Shown piece after piece: positions 35,645 through 46,443 of a stretch of 52,864 nt of DNA; the first letter of the stretch is position 1; each line of letters opens with the position of its first letter. The notes under the pieces were generated by a model. It saw nothing but the letters and a program-made list of their open reading frames with translations. It had not been told where the DNA came from and ran no database searches. The translations under genes were made by a program, and so were the position numbers. Source of the DNA: Nitrospirales bacterium (lineage in GTDB: Bacteria > Nitrospirota > Nitrospiria > Nitrospirales > NS-4); assembly GCA_036005325.1 (NCBI GenBank), contig DASYQR010000130.1, positions 1-52,864 on the forward strand. Reading direction: 5' to 3'.

Positions 35645-38100
35645 CAGCCGTGTTGTCTGGAGGAAGCGGCGGCGACGGGCCGCCGGTTCATCGATGATCG
35701 GCGCGCGGGGGCGGCAGGCTTCGCGTGAACTCCACCGGGAACCGGTGCGCGACGCAGGGCCGCTCCCAGGACTTCGTCCATCGTCTCGGCGAAAATGCAA
35801 GTCATGCCCTTCAGGAGATGCTTGGGGATGTCGGCCAGATCTTTCTGGTTTTTCTTGGGAAGGATCACTTTGAAAATGCCGACCCGCTTGGCCGCCAGGA
35901 TCTTTTCCTTGAGCCCGCCGATCTCCAGGACCCGGCCCCGCAGGGTGACTTCACCGGTCATGGCCAGCTCATGACGCACCGGCCTGTTGGTAAAGGCGGA
36001 GGTGAGCGCGGTGGCCATGGTGATGCCGGCGGAGGGCCCGTCTTTCGGAATCGCACCGGCCGGAACATGGATATGAATGTCATGTTGCGCGAAGACATCC
36101 GGTTTGAGACCCAATTGGCGCGCGCGCGACCGGACATAGCTGAGAGCGGCTTGCGCCGATTCTTTCATGACGTCACCCAGGTGGCCGGTCAGGGTCAGGG
36201 TGCCTTTGCCTTTCATGATCGTCGCTTCGATGTGGATGATGTCTCCGCCGACTTCGGTCCAGGCCAAGCCGGTAGCGACGCCGATCAGGTCCTTCTTCTC
36301 TTCGCTTTCCTTGTGGTGCCTGGGCACGCCCAGGTACTTGGGAAGGGCAGTCGGCGTGATGGCGTAGAGTTGATCCTCTCCCTCGGCGATCTTCTTGACC
36401 ACCTTGCGCATCACGTTGGCGATCTCGCGCTCAAGGTTCCGAACTCCCGCTTCTCTGGTATAGTCTCCGACGATCCGGTGAAGCGCCCGATCGGTGAAGG
36501 TGATCTGCTTCTCGGTGATGCCGTGCTCGGTCAGCTGGCGGGGAATCAGAAACCGCTTGGCAATGCCGATTTTCTCCTCTTGAGAATAGCCGGGAATTTC
36601 GATGATCTCCATGCGGTCACGCAGGGCCGAGAGGATCGGGTCCATGAGATTGGCCGTGGTGATAAACATGACCTCGGAGAGGTCGAACGGCACGCCCAGG
36701 TAATGGTCGCTGAACGCGTGGTTCTGCTCCGGGTCCAGAACCTCCAGCAAGGCGGCCGACGGATCACCGCGGAAATCCGCCCCCACCTTGTCCACCTCGT
36801 CCATCATGAACACGGGGTTGGCGGTGCCTGCCTGTTTGATGCCCTGGATGATGCGGCCGGGCATGGCACCCACATACGTCCGGCGATGGCCGCGAATCTC
36901 GGCCTCGTCCCGGATGCCGCCCAGCGAGATTCGGACGAACTCCCGGCCCAGAGCCCGCGCGATGGATTTCCCCAGCGAAGTCTTGCCCACACCGGGCGGG
37001 CCGACGAAACAGAGGATCGGACCCTTCATTTTCTCCTTCATTTTCCGGACGGCCAGGTACTCCAGGATGCGCTCTTTAACCTTTTCCAGGTCGTAGTGGT
37101 CTTCGTTCAGGACCTTGGCGGCGGCTTTAATGTCGAGCGTGTCCTTTGTCTTCTTGCTCCAGGGTAATTCCACCAACCACTCAAGGTAGGTCCGTACCGT
37201 AGCCGCTTCGGCGGTATCCGGATGCATCTTCTCCAGGCGCTTGAGTTGCTTCTCGGCTTCCTTGAGGACCTTCTCGGGCATCTTGGAGTCTTTGATGCTC
37301 TTCCGGAACTCGGCCACCTCTTCGGCCCGTTCGTCCAGCTCGCCCAGCTCTTTTTGGATCGCCTTGAGCTGCTCGCGCAGGAAATATTCCCGCTGGGTCT
37401 TGTCCATCTCGCCTTTGGCTTCGGCCTGGATTTTCTGCTGCATCGAGAGGACTTCGATTTCCGCCCCGAGGAGCTCGCTGGCGCGTCGGAGGCGGACGAC
37501 GGGATCCTCGATCTCCAAGACCTCTTGGGTGGCGTCTACCTTGAGCCCGAGGTTCGAGACAGTCATGTCAGCGAGCCGGCCGGGATCCTGGAGGTTCTCG
37601 ATGACGACCATCACGTCCGGCATCAGAATCTTGCCCAGGCTCACAAGGCGTTCGAGCTGCTCTTTCACGGTCCGCATCAAGGCTTCGCCCTCCAGGGACT
37701 GGCCTTGAACTTTGACCTCGGGGAGCTGCTTCAGGCGGACTTCGAAGAAGGGCTCGGTCTGTACGAACTCCTCGATGCGGGCCTTGGCCAATCCTTGGAC
37801 CAGGATCTTGATCCGGTCGTCGGGCAGTTTGAGCATTCGCATCACCATCCCTACCGTCCCGACAGAATAGATATCCTCCGGTTGGGGGTTCTCGACTTCC
37901 AGCGAGCGCTGGGCCGCGAGCATGATGATCCGATTCCCCGCCAATGCCGCTTCGATGGCCTTGACCGACATCTCACGGCCGACGAACAGCGGAAGGACCA
38001 TGTAGGGAAACACGACGATGTCACGAATTGGGAGCAGAGGGAGACGGTCAGGAATCTCCGTCCGGGACAGTTCGCCTTGAACTTGCTCAGCCATGAACAC
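35644..38100 (-). CDS. lon: ATP-dependent Lon protease
   Basis: [27 protein letters not shown]-domain, GPPGVGKTS, catalytic PKDGPSAG. Confidence 0.97.
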   Translation of the reverse strand: MFMAEQVQGELSRTEIPDRLPLLPIRDIVVFPYMVLPLFVGREMSVKAIEAALAGNRIIMLAAQRSLEVENPQPEDIYSVGTVGMVMRMLKLPDDRIKILVQGLAKARIEEFVQTEPFFEVRLKQLPEVKVQGQSLEGEALMRTVKEQLERLVSLGKILMPDVMVVIENLQDPGRLADMTVSNLGLKVDATQEVLEIEDPVVRLRRASELLGAEIEVLSMQQKIQAEAKGEMDKTQREYFLREQLKAIQKELGELDERAEEVAEFRKSIKDSKMPEKVLKEAEKQLKRLEKMHPDTAEAATVRTYLEWLVELPWSKKTKDTLDIKAAAKVLNEDHYDLEKVKERILEYLAVRKMKEKMKGPILCFVGPPGVGKTSLGKSIARALGREFVRISLGGIRDEAEIRGHRRTYVGAMPGRIIQGIKQAGTANPVFMMDEVDKVGADFRGDPSAALLEVLDPEQNHAFSDHYLGVPFDLSEVMFITTANLMDPILSALRDRMEIIEIPGYSQEEKIGIAKRFLIPRQLTEHGITEKQITFTDRALHRIVGDYTREAGVRNLEREIANVMRKVVKKIAEGEDQLYAITPTALPKYLGVPRHHKESEEKKDLIGVATGLAWTEVGGDIIHIEATIMKGKGTLTLTGHLGDVMKESAQAALSYVRSRARQLGLKPDVFAQHDIHIHVPAGAIPKDGPSAGITMATALTSAFTNRPVRHELAMTGEVTLRGRVLEIGGLKEKILAAKRVGIFKVILPKKNQKDLADIPKHLLKGMTCIFAETMDEVLGAALRRAPVPGGVHAKPAAPARRSSMNRRPVAAASSRQHG

Positions 38101-38108
38101 CCTATTTC

Positions 38109-38981
38109 CTAGAGGTGAAGCCCCTTCAGATACTGGGCAAAAGGGGCACCCAGTTCGGGATTCTTGAGTCCGAAATCGACGGTGGCTTTCAGGAAACCGA
38201 GCTTGTCGCCGGCGTCGTGCCTGGTGCCGTTGACGAGGGCGGCGTGCATCGGTGCTGCATGCGCCATGGTGCGCAGCGCGTCAGTGAGCTGGATTTCCTG
38301 GTTCTTGCCTGGTTGCGTTTTCTCCAAAACGGAAAAGATTGTCGCGGGCAGGATATAGCGGCCGATCACGGCCAGCCGGGAGGGCGCCTCCTGCGGCGTC
38401 GGTTTTTCGATCAAGTCGGTGACTTTGAAAAGCCCGGGCCTGACGGGCCTGGAAGCGATGATACCGTAGCTGGACACAGTCTCCGGCTCGACTTCATACA
38501 CGCCCAGGATGGGGGTGCCGAGTTCTTCATAGAGTGCTATCAATTGTCCGATCGCAGGAATGGGTGCATCGATGACCTCGTCCCCAAGGATGACGGCAAA
38601 GGGCTCATCGCCGATGAGATGTTTGGCGCAGAGGATGGCATGTCCGAGACCGCGGGCCTGCCGTTGGCGGACGTAAGAGAAGTTGGCCAGTTCCGATATC
38701 CTGCGGATCTCTTTGAGCACGTCCTCTTTGCCACTTTCTTTCAGAACCTCCTCCAACTCGAACGACAGATCGAAGTGATCCTCGATGGCACGTTTTCCCC
38801 GACCTGTGATGACGATGATGTCCTGAATTCCAGCGCTGACCGCCTCTTCCACGGCGTACTGAATCAAGGGCTTATCGACCAGCGGGAGCATCTCTTTGGG
38901 GGAGGCTTTGGTAGCTGGAAGGAAGCGGGTTCCGAGGCCAGCGGCTGGGATGATGGCCTTGGAGACCTTGGACAATGCCAT
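38109..38981 (-). CDS. galU: UTP--glucose-1-phosphate uridylyltransferase
   Basis: [35 protein letters not shown]. Confidence 0.95.
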   Translation of the reverse strand: MALSKVSKAIIPAAGLGTRFLPATKASPKEMLPLVDKPLIQYAVEEAVSAGIQDIIVITGRGKRAIEDHFDLSFELEEVLKESGKEDVLKEIRRISELANFSYVRQRQARGLGHAILCAKHLIGDEPFAVILGDEVIDAPIPAIGQLIALYEELGTPILGVYEVEPETVSSYGIIASRPVRPGLFKVTDLIEKPTPQEAPSRLAVIGRYILPATIFSVLEKTQPGKNQEIQLTDALRTMAHAAPMHAALVNGTRHDAGDKLGFLKATVDFGLKNPELGAPFAQYLKGLHL

Positions 38982-39053
38982 AACAATCGGATTTTACGGG
39001 CGGTACCCCGCAAAGTCAAGCTGAGCACCGAGGTCTCATCCAGCCTTTTTCCC

Positions 39054-39082
39054 TTTACTTCCCTTGAGGTAATCTGTAGAAT
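39054..39082 (+). promoter_or_regulatory. Possible promoter TTTACT-N17-TAGAAT upstream of bamA
   Basis: Hexamers with a 17-nt spacer in the galU/bamA divergent region. Confidence 0.35.
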
Positions 39083-39167
39083 TTCCTCGCATTTTACGCC
39101 GTTTTAGTCATGTCTTCGGTGCACTGCCGGAGGCAGTTATGGCGACCGGGAGGGGGATTCGAGGACG

Positions 39168-41573
39168 GTGCAGTTTTGCCGCACGAAAGGGGCGGACCGT
39201 CCCGGTCAAAAAATGGCGTGGCCGTTGCTTACAGGAGTTGGTGCGGTCTTTAGAGTGACTACGCTATTGGGGGTCTGGATCGTGCTCGTGGGAGGCTTCA
39301 TCTGGGTCATCGGCCAAGGGATCGCCATGGCTCAAGAGTCCGGCCAGCAGATCCGGTCCATTCGAATCCAGGGAAACAAACGGATCGAAGTCCCGGCCAT
39401 CAAGGGCCGCCTCACGCTGAAGGAGGGCGAACCCTTTACCACGGAAAGGATCCGAGAACAGATTCGAGCCTTGTACCAGATGGGGTACTTCGAGGATGTC
39501 CGCGTGGAAACCGAGCCTGTGGCGGGGGGGATGGCCGTGATCTTCATCGTCACGGAGAAACCCTTCGTGACGGAAATCCTTTTCGACGGCAATGACAATA
39601 TTAAAGACGAGAAGCTCACGGAGAAACTGACGGTCCGCACCCAGTCTTTTCTTGATCAGCAGCAGATTAAGGATAGCGTCGAGCGTCTGCGATTGTTGTA
39701 TGAGGAAGAAGGTTATTTCAGCGCACGTCTTGTTCCGGTCATCAAGTCCCTGGACGGCGAGCGGAAGTCGCTGACCTTTTTCATCAAAGAAGGCCCCAGG
39801 GCCCGCATTAAGACCGTCGCCTTCGATGGCGCGAAGGCCATCCCGGTCAAGAAACTGAAGAAACCGCTGTTCACACGGGAGTACTCCTGGCTCATCTCCT
39901 GGTGGGACGATTCGGGGATTTACAAAAAGGACGAGCTCGCCAACGACGTCGAGCGGCTGCGCCAGGCCTACTTCGACGAAGGGTATCTCGACGTCAAGAT
40001 CGGTACGCCCAAGGTGGAGCTGAGCGACGACAAGCAGTGGTTTACGATCCGTTTTCCCGTGGAAGAGGGATCGCAATACCGGTTCGCGAAGATCAGCTAC
40101 AAGGGGCAAACGCTCTTTCCGGAGTCGGAGCTCAGGGCGGGAAGTAAGTTGAAAGAGGGAGACGTCGTCCGGATGGCGGAGGTTCGCGAGGATATCACCC
40201 GCGCCACGGATCTGTATGGCGTGAAGGGGTACGCGTTTGCGGATGTGAACCCCCAGATTCTCCCGAACCCCGAGTCCAAGACCGCCGCGGTCATTTTCGA
40301 AATCAAAGAAGGCGCACTGATTCGCGTCCGACACATCAACATCTCCGGCAACGATAAGACCCGCGACAAGGTGATCCGGCGGGAACTGCGCGTGAACGAG
40401 GCCGAGTTGATCGATACGGAGGCCATGAAACTGAGCTTCAAACGGCTCAACAACATGAACTACTTCGAGACGGTCGAGATCATCCCGAAGCAGGTCGATC
40501 CGAACACGGTCGATCTGGACGTGAAGGTCAAGGAGAAGTCCACCGGAACCTTCAGCGTGGGCGGTGGCTACAGCTCGCTCGATAAGCTGGGAATAGTGGC
40601 CGACATCACGGAGGGCAACCTGTTCGGCCGGGGCCAACTCCTGAAAATTCGCGGCCAGTTGGGCCAGGCGCGGACGTATGGTGTCGTGACCTTCCGGGAG
40701 CCCTACCTGTTCGACGAGGCGCTGTCGGCGCAGGTTGACTTGTTCTCCCGTCAGACGTTTTACACCTCGTACTTTGAACGGCGGCAAGGCGCCGACATTG
40801 TGTTGGGCAAGTGGTTCTCGGAATACCTGAGCGGAAGTGCGACTTACCTGCTTGAGAAGCTCGAGATTTCCAACGATCTTTCCGGCCAGCTCTTTCTCGG
40901 TGGGGGAGGGACGACGAACACTCCGGTTTCCGACCTTCCGCTCTTGGTCCAAGAGCAACTCGGGACGTCCACGACGAGCGCGATTATCCTGGGTGTCGCG
41001 CGCGACACGCGGGACGTGTATGTGGATCCCAAGTCCGGAGCACGCCACGCCCTGACGACGGAGTTTGCGGGGAGCGTGCTTGGGGGCAGCAACGATTTTT
41101 ACAAGGTGATCGGGGATACTTCGTGGTACTTTCCGGTGCTGTGGGATACCGTGTTTAACCCGCGCGTTCGGCTCGGAGTCGCCCATGCCTACGAAGCCGC
41201 CAGTCAGCTTCCGGTCGGCGACCGGTTCTTCGTGGGCGGCATCCAGACCATGCGGGGATTCAGTTTCGGTCGGGCCGGCCCCGTGGCTCCTGATTTCACC
41301 CCCTTGGGAGGCAATAAGCAGCTTATCTTCAACTTCGACTACATTTTTCCGTTGATTCCCGAATTGAAGGTCAAAGGGGTGTTATTCTTCGACTACGGGA
41401 AGGGGTTCGATGACGGAGAGTCGCTGAGCTTGAACTTGCGCAAGTCGGTGGGCATGGAGGTGCGGTGGATCTCACCGTTCGGTCCCCTCCGGGTGGCATA
41501 TGGAATTAATCTTTCTCCGCGCGCAGGAGAACATACGGGCGTGTTCGAGTTTTCGGTCGGCGCGCTTTTTTAG
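39168..41573 (+). CDS. bamA: Outer membrane protein assembly factor BamA
   Basis: IRSIRIQGNKRI.. POTRA repeats and a C-terminal Omp85 barrel ending ..FEFSVGALF. Start at 39168 or the ATG at 39213. Confidence 0.93.
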   Translation: MQFCRTKGADRPGQKMAWPLLTGVGAVFRVTTLLGVWIVLVGGFIWVIGQGIAMAQESGQQIRSIRIQGNKRIEVPAIKGRLTLKEGEPFTTERIREQIRALYQMGYFEDVRVETEPVAGGMAVIFIVTEKPFVTEILFDGNDNIKDEKLTEKLTVRTQSFLDQQQIKDSVERLRLLYEEEGYFSARLVPVIKSLDGERKSLTFFIKEGPRARIKTVAFDGAKAIPVKKLKKPLFTREYSWLISWWDDSGIYKKDELANDVERLRQAYFDEGYLDVKIGTPKVELSDDKQWFTIRFPVEEGSQYRFAKISYKGQTLFPESELRAGSKLKEGDVVRMAEVREDITRATDLYGVKGYAFADVNPQILPNPESKTAAVIFEIKEGALIRVRHINISGNDKTRDKVIRRELRVNEAELIDTEAMKLSFKRLNNMNYFETVEIIPKQVDPNTVDLDVKVKEKSTGTFSVGGGYSSLDKLGIVADITEGNLFGRGQLLKIRGQLGQARTYGVVTFREPYLFDEALSAQVDLFSRQTFYTSYFERRQGADIVLGKWFSEYLSGSATYLLEKLEISNDLSGQLFLGGGGTTNTPVSDLPLLVQEQLGTSTTSAIILGVARDTRDVYVDPKSGARHALTTEFAGSVLGGSNDFYKVIGDTSWYFPVLWDTVFNPRVRLGVAHAYEAASQLPVGDRFFVGGIQTMRGFSFGRAGPVAPDFTPLGGNKQLIFNFDYIFPLIPELKVKGVLFFDYGKGFDDGESLSLNLRKSVGMEVRWISPFGPLRVAYGINLSPRAGEHTGVFEFSVGALF

Positions 41574-41609
41574 AGGGGGCGTGGATTGCCCCATGGATGA
41601 GAAAGGGAC

Positions 41610-42155
41610 ATGGTCATGAAGCACGGAAGCGGGATCTTGGCGGTTGTGTTCGCGATTGCATTGGTATGCGAGGCGCCGGTCTGGGCGGCGGAATTAAAAA
41701 TCGGCGTGATAGAACCGCAAAAAGTGCTGGATCAAACCAAGTCCGGCAAGAAGATCAAGGACTCGCTGCAGGAATACGTCAAGACGCGCCAAAAGCTCAT
41801 CGATATGGAAGAAGAAGAGCTTAAAAAGATGGAGGAGGATTTGGTCAAGCAGGGCGCGGTCTTAAGCGCCGAGGCCAAAAAAGAGAAGGAAGAGAAATTC
41901 CGTCAGAAGATGGTAGAGTATCAGCGGAAAGTCCAGCAACTGAACCAGGAGGTCCAGGTCAAGAAAAAGGAGACGCTGGATGAATTCAACAAGGGCCTTG
42001 AACAGGTCATCCGGGGAATCGCTGATAAGGAGAAAATCACCTTGGTGGTGGAAAAGGGGGATAATGGCGCCGGTGCGCTGATCATCTACAGTCATCCCTC
42101 TCTTGATCTCACCGACCGCGTGATCAAGGAATTGGACGCGAAGGGGGGCAAGTGA
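41610..42155 (+). CDS. skp: OmpH/Skp periplasmic chaperone
   Basis: Signal peptide, [11 protein letters not shown].., Lys/Glu-rich coiled region, position after bamA. Confidence 0.88.
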   Translation: MVMKHGSGILAVVFAIALVCEAPVWAAELKIGVIEPQKVLDQTKSGKKIKDSLQEYVKTRQKLIDMEEEELKKMEEDLVKQGAVLSAEAKKEKEEKFRQKMVEYQRKVQQLNQEVQVKKKETLDEFNKGLEQVIRGIADKEKITLVVEKGDNGAGALIIYSHPSLDLTDRVIKELDAKGGK

Positions 42156-42634
42156 ACCAGGAGAGTAGTCATGTCTTGTGTCTGAGCAGCACCGATATCC
42201 AGGCGATCCTGCCTCATCGCTATCCGTTCCTCTTGGTGGACCGCATCGAGGAGCTGGAGATCGGCAAGCGGGTGGTCGGCATCAAGAATGTGACGATCAA
42301 CGAACCGTTCTTTCAGGGGCATTTCCCCGGCCGGCCCATCATGCCGGGGGTCCTGATCATCGAGGCGATGGCACAGGTGGGAGGGATCCTCGCCTTCAAG
42401 TCGGCGAATCAAGCAGGTGCCAAGCTGGTTTACTTCATGGGAATCGAGAAGGCCAAATTCCGAAAACCGGTCACGCCCGGCGACCAGTTGCGGTTTGTGG
42501 TGGATGTCCTGCGGGCCCGCCATCCCTACTGGAAGATGCGGGGGGAGGCCTTCGTGGATGACACCCTTGTCTGCGAGGCCGAGCTGATGGCGATGATCAC
42601 GGACGGGTTATCAGCGCCGGAGGTTGAACCGTGA
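42152..42634 (+). CDS. fabZ: 3-hydroxyacyl-ACP dehydratase FabZ
   Basis: [14 protein letters not shown].., [23 protein letters not shown]. Confidence 0.95.
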   Translation: MNQESSHVLCLSSTDIQAILPHRYPFLLVDRIEELEIGKRVVGIKNVTINEPFFQGHFPGRPIMPGVLIIEAMAQVGGILAFKSANQAGAKLVYFMGIEKAKFRKPVTPGDQLRFVVDVLRARHPYWKMRGEAFVDDTLVCEAELMAMITDGLSAPEVEP

Positions 42635-43437
42635 GCTCCCGCGTGCATCAGACCGCCATCGTGCATCCCAAGGCCGAGCTGGGCGAGGATGTGACGGTGG
42701 GTCCTTACACCGTGATCGGGGAGCACGTGCGCATCGGACGGAGCACCCGCATTGATCCGCATGTTGTGATCGAGGGATGGACCGAGGTGGGGGAACATTG
42801 CCAGATCCATTCCTTCGTCTCGCTCGGCGCGCCGCCGCAGCACCTGAAGTACAACGGGGAGGAGACCTACGTCCGGATCGGCCACCACAACATTCTCCGG
42901 GAGTACGTGACCGTCAACCGCGCCACGGTGTTTGGCGGAGGTGTGACCAGTCTGGGAAATCACAATGTGCTGATGGCGTATGTGCACATCGCCCACGACT
43001 GCCACATCGGCGACCATGTCTTGATGGCGAATGCCGCCACGCTGGCCGGCCACATCACGATCGGCGATCATGCCATCGTGGGAGGGCTCGTCGGGATTCA
43101 CCAGTTCGTCCGGATCGGGCCCTACAGCATGATCGGCGGCTGTTCGGCGGTCGGGCAGGATGTCCCTCCGTTTATGCGGGCGGCCGGCGGCTATCGCGCT
43201 CGGCTTTTCGGCGTCAACACCATCGGGTTGAAACGCCATGGGTTCTCAGATGACCGTATCCGGCAACTCAAGCAGGTCTACCTGGCGCTGTTCCGGTCGG
43301 ATCTCCGGCTGGCCGAAGCCGTCAAGAAGGTCCGTGACGAATTCGGCGAGTCCGAGGATGTGCAGGCCATGCTGGCATTTCTGGATGGCACGAAGCGCGG
43401 CGTCTGCAAGGGTTCTGATGAGCGCGAGGAGGAGTAA
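42631..43437 (+). CDS. lpxA: UDP-N-acetylglucosamine acyltransferase LpxA
   Basis: Hexapeptide repeats ([26 protein letters not shown]..) and a C-terminal helical domain. Confidence 0.93.
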   Translation: MSSRVHQTAIVHPKAELGEDVTVGPYTVIGEHVRIGRSTRIDPHVVIEGWTEVGEHCQIHSFVSLGAPPQHLKYNGEETYVRIGHHNILREYVTVNRATVFGGGVTSLGNHNVLMAYVHIAHDCHIGDHVLMANAATLAGHITIGDHAIVGGLVGIHQFVRIGPYSMIGGCSAVGQDVPPFMRAAGGYRARLFGVNTIGLKRHGFSDDRIRQLKQVYLALFRSDLRLAEAVKKVRDEFGESEDVQAMLAFLDGTKRGVCKGSDEREEE

Positions 43438-43443
43438 GACGAC

Positions 43444-44319
43444 GTGACGGCTCGCGCCTCCGAAAGATCGGCCGGGGCACGAGTACCGGACACGCAGAGA
43501 GAATGGATCGGCTTGATCGCTGGCAATGGCCGCTTCCCGCTCCTCTTCGCCGAGAACGCCCGCCGGCTCGGCTACCGTGTGTCGGCGGTGGCTTTGAGCG
43601 GGGAAGCTGACCCGTCGCTCGAGCGGGTCGTGGACCGGATTCACTGGGTCGCACTGGGCCAACTTGGGCGGCTGATCAAGGCCTTCAAGCAGGATGGCGT
43701 CCGCCAGGCTGTCATGATCGGCGGCGTCAAGAAGACGCACCTGTTTTCCAATATCCGGTTCGACCTCCGCTCGCTTGCACTCCTCCGGCGTGTGACCGTC
43801 CGCAAAGACGACTCCTTGCTGCGCGCCTTCGCAGCTGAGCTGGAAGATGAGGGCATCAAGGTACGGGAATCAACGTTCGGTCTGGATGGTTTACTGATGG
43901 AGGAAGGCACACTCACCAAGCGGGCGCCTACCAAAAAGGAATGGCGTGACATCGAGTTCGGCTGGGAGATGGCCGAGGTCGTCGGCCGCCTCGACATCGG
44001 TCAGTGCGTCGTGGTGAAGGACCGGGTGGTGGTGGCGGTAGAAGCGGTCGAAGGGTCTGATGAAGCAATTCGGAGGGGCGGGAAGCTGGCGCGCTCGGGC
44101 GCTGTGGTCGTGAAACGGTTCAAGCCTCAGCAGGACCGACGCTTTGACCTGCCGGCCGTCGGTCCGGGGACCATCCGGGCGATGGCTGAAAGCGGCGCGG
44201 CCGTGCTGGCCATCGAAGCCGGAAAGGCGATTTTCTTGGATCGGGAAGACGCCATTCATGCCGCCGAGCAGGCCGGCATCGCGATCGTGGGGATACAGAA
44301 GTTAAACGTTAATCGTTAA
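43444..44319 (+). CDS. lpxI: UDP-2,3-diacylglucosamine diphosphatase LpxI (DUF1009)
   Basis: IGLIAGNGRFPLL.., VMIGGVKK, DIGQCVVVKDRVVVAVEAVEGSDEAIRRGG. Confidence 0.85.
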   Translation: MTARASERSAGARVPDTQREWIGLIAGNGRFPLLFAENARRLGYRVSAVALSGEADPSLERVVDRIHWVALGQLGRLIKAFKQDGVRQAVMIGGVKKTHLFSNIRFDLRSLALLRRVTVRKDDSLLRAFAAELEDEGIKVRESTFGLDGLLMEEGTLTKRAPTKKEWRDIEFGWEMAEVVGRLDIGQCVVVKDRVVVAVEAVEGSDEAIRRGGKLARSGAVVVKRFKPQQDRRFDLPAVGPGTIRAMAESGAAVLAIEAGKAIFLDREDAIHAAEQAGIAIVGIQKLNVNR

Positions 44320-44373
44320 TCGTCAAACGTCTTGGCTATTCCCGATTAACGAATAACGTATATCGAATAACGG
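44301..44373. repeat. AT-rich block of short tandem and inverted repeats at the lpxI / oxidoreductase junction
   Basis: CGTTAATCG twice (44307..44322, overlapping) is the inverted complement of CGATTAACG (44343..44351). CGAATAACG occurs twice (44350..44358 and 44364..44372). Confidence 0.5.
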
Positions 44374-44378
44374 GATTT

Positions 44379-45326
44379 ATGGAGCCAATCAGAGTAGGCG
44401 TCATCGGCGTGGGATCACTCGGGCAGCACCATGCGCGGGTCTACGCGGAGCTTCCTGGATCTCGCTTGGTGGGCGTCGCGGACGTGGACAAAGGACGGGC
44501 CGAGTCGGTCGCCGCGAGGCACGGCTGTCAGGCGATGACCGACTATCGGAAACTGATCGAGGAGGTGGACGCTGTCAGTGTGGTGGCGCCGACGCTTCTC
44601 CATCACGAGATCGCGCGGACCTGCTTGATGGCTGGTTTGCATGTGCTGGTGGAGAAGCCGCTCACGGCAACCGTGGAGCAAGCACGCGATCTCGTCACCA
44701 CCGCTTCGACTCGGAATGTGACGTTGCAGGTGGGGCACATTGAGCGTTTCAATTCGGCCTTCCGCGCGACGCAGGGAGCCATCAAAGCGCCTCTCCTTAT
44801 CGAGTGTCAGCGCTGGGCGCCGTTTACTTTCCGCGGGGCGGACGTGGATGTGGTGTTGGACCTGATGATCCACGATTTGGACCTCGTGCTGGGGTTGATC
44901 GGCGTGCCGGTGCGTGAAGTGCAGGCAGACGGACTCGCGATGCTCTCGCCTACGACCGATGTGGCGCAGGCGCGGGTCGTCTTCCAAAACGGCTGTGTCG
45001 CGACGTTCAGCGCGAATCGCGTGGCCGAATCCAAGATCCGCGAGGTACGCGTTTGGGAGCCGGAAGGTTTCGTGATGATCGATTTGGCCAAGCAAACTGC
45101 GGTTGTGGGCCGGCGGACCATGGGGACATCGGGGAGCCATGAAGTTCTGACGGAACAGGTCCGGGGCGATGGGCGCGAACCGCTGAAGCTTGAATTGGAA
45201 GCCTTTCTCGATTCAATCCGTACGGGCGCCGCACCGTTGGTTTCGGGACAGGAGGGCATGGCTGCGCTGGAGCTCGCGTATGCCATCATGAATGAAATTG
45301 CCACGCATCCTTATCATCACGGGTGA
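44379..45326 (+). CDS. Gfo/Idh/MocA-family oxidoreductase
   Basis: IRVGVIGVGSLGQHHARVY Rossmann N-terminus. VEKPLT motif. Confidence 0.88.
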   Translation: MEPIRVGVIGVGSLGQHHARVYAELPGSRLVGVADVDKGRAESVAARHGCQAMTDYRKLIEEVDAVSVVAPTLLHHEIARTCLMAGLHVLVEKPLTATVEQARDLVTTASTRNVTLQVGHIERFNSAFRATQGAIKAPLLIECQRWAPFTFRGADVDVVLDLMIHDLDLVLGLIGVPVREVQADGLAMLSPTTDVAQARVVFQNGCVATFSANRVAESKIREVRVWEPEGFVMIDLAKQTAVVGRRTMGTSGSHEVLTEQVRGDGREPLKLELEAFLDSIRTGAAPLVSGQEGMAALELAYAIMNEIATHPYHHG

Positions 45327-46443
45327 AGCCTCCGGCGACCTGCACGGCGCCAATTTGGCCTTAGCCCTGAGGGCGCAGGCGCCGGATCTCGCGATCCTGG
45401 GGGTGGGCGGATCCCGCATGCGGGCCGTCGGCGTAAATTTAGTCCAGGACATCGGTCATCTGGACGTGATGGGGCTGATCGGGCTGTCCGCCGTCCGTAC
45501 CCTGGCACGGCGGATGCTCACCATCAGACGGATTTTGCGGCAGGGCTCACTTGATCTCGTCGTCCTCATCGACAATCCTGGCCTGAATTTCCACTTCGCC
45601 CGTATTGCCAAGCAGGCCGGACTTCGCGTGGTGTACTACATCGCGCCGCAGATCTGGGCATGGCGCCCTCGCCGCATGCGGTGGATGCAGCGACGGGTCG
45701 ATCACGTGTTGGTGGTGCTGCCGTTCGAAGAGGAGCTCTACCGGCAGGCCGGCGTTCCCTGCAGCTTCGTGGGGCACCCGCTCATGGACGATGTGGCCGA
45801 GTCCTATGACCGGGAGAAGGTGCGAGCCGCCTACGGCCTTCCGCGGGATGCCTGTGTGCTCGGTCTCCTGCCGGGGAGCCGGACCAGGGAGGTAAAGGAC
45901 TTGCTGCCGGTCTTTCTGAAGGCCGCCCGTCTGCTCCAGCAAGAGGGCCGACCGATTCGATTGATTCTGGCCGTCGCCGATACGGTGAGCCAGGAAGCCA
46001 TCAAGCGCACGTGCGACGAAGCCGGGCTGGATGTCCGGCTGGTGCCGCGCGATCCGAACGGAGTCATGGCGGCGGCCGATCTATTATTCATCGCGTCCGG
46101 CACCGCGACGCTCCAGGCGGCGATTATCGGAACCCCGATGGTGATTGCGTACAAGCACTCCTGGTTCACGTATCTGCTCGCGCGTTTGCTGGTGCGTGTC
46201 CGCAGCATCGGGTTGGCCAACATCGTTGCCGGCCGACCGTTTATTCCCGAGCTGATCCAGCATCAGGCTACACCCGCCCGTCTTGCCGAAGAGGCCAAGC
46301 GAATCCTTGACGATGCGTCCTGCCGTGAATGGATGCGCGCAGAGATGGCCCGTGTCCGAGCGTTGCTCGGATCTCCGGGAGCCTCCGCGCGTGCGGCCGC
46401 GGTCGTGCTCGATCAACTCCGACGGAGAGAGGCAGGCGTCTGA
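45292..46443 (+). CDS. lpxB: Lipid-A-disaccharide synthase LpxB
   Basis: ILIITGEASGDLHGANLA.., YYIAPQIWAWR. Confidence 0.93.
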   Translation: MKLPRILIITGEASGDLHGANLALALRAQAPDLAILGVGGSRMRAVGVNLVQDIGHLDVMGLIGLSAVRTLARRMLTIRRILRQGSLDLVVLIDNPGLNFHFARIAKQAGLRVVYYIAPQIWAWRPRRMRWMQRRVDHVLVVLPFEEELYRQAGVPCSFVGHPLMDDVAESYDREKVRAAYGLPRDACVLGLLPGSRTREVKDLLPVFLKAARLLQQEGRPIRLILAVADTVSQEAIKRTCDEAGLDVRLVPRDPNGVMAAADLLFIASGTATLQAAIIGTPMVIAYKHSWFTYLLARLLVRVRSIGLANIVAGRPFIPELIQHQATPARLAEEAKRILDDASCREWMRAEMARVRALLGSPGASARAAAVVLDQLRRREAGV

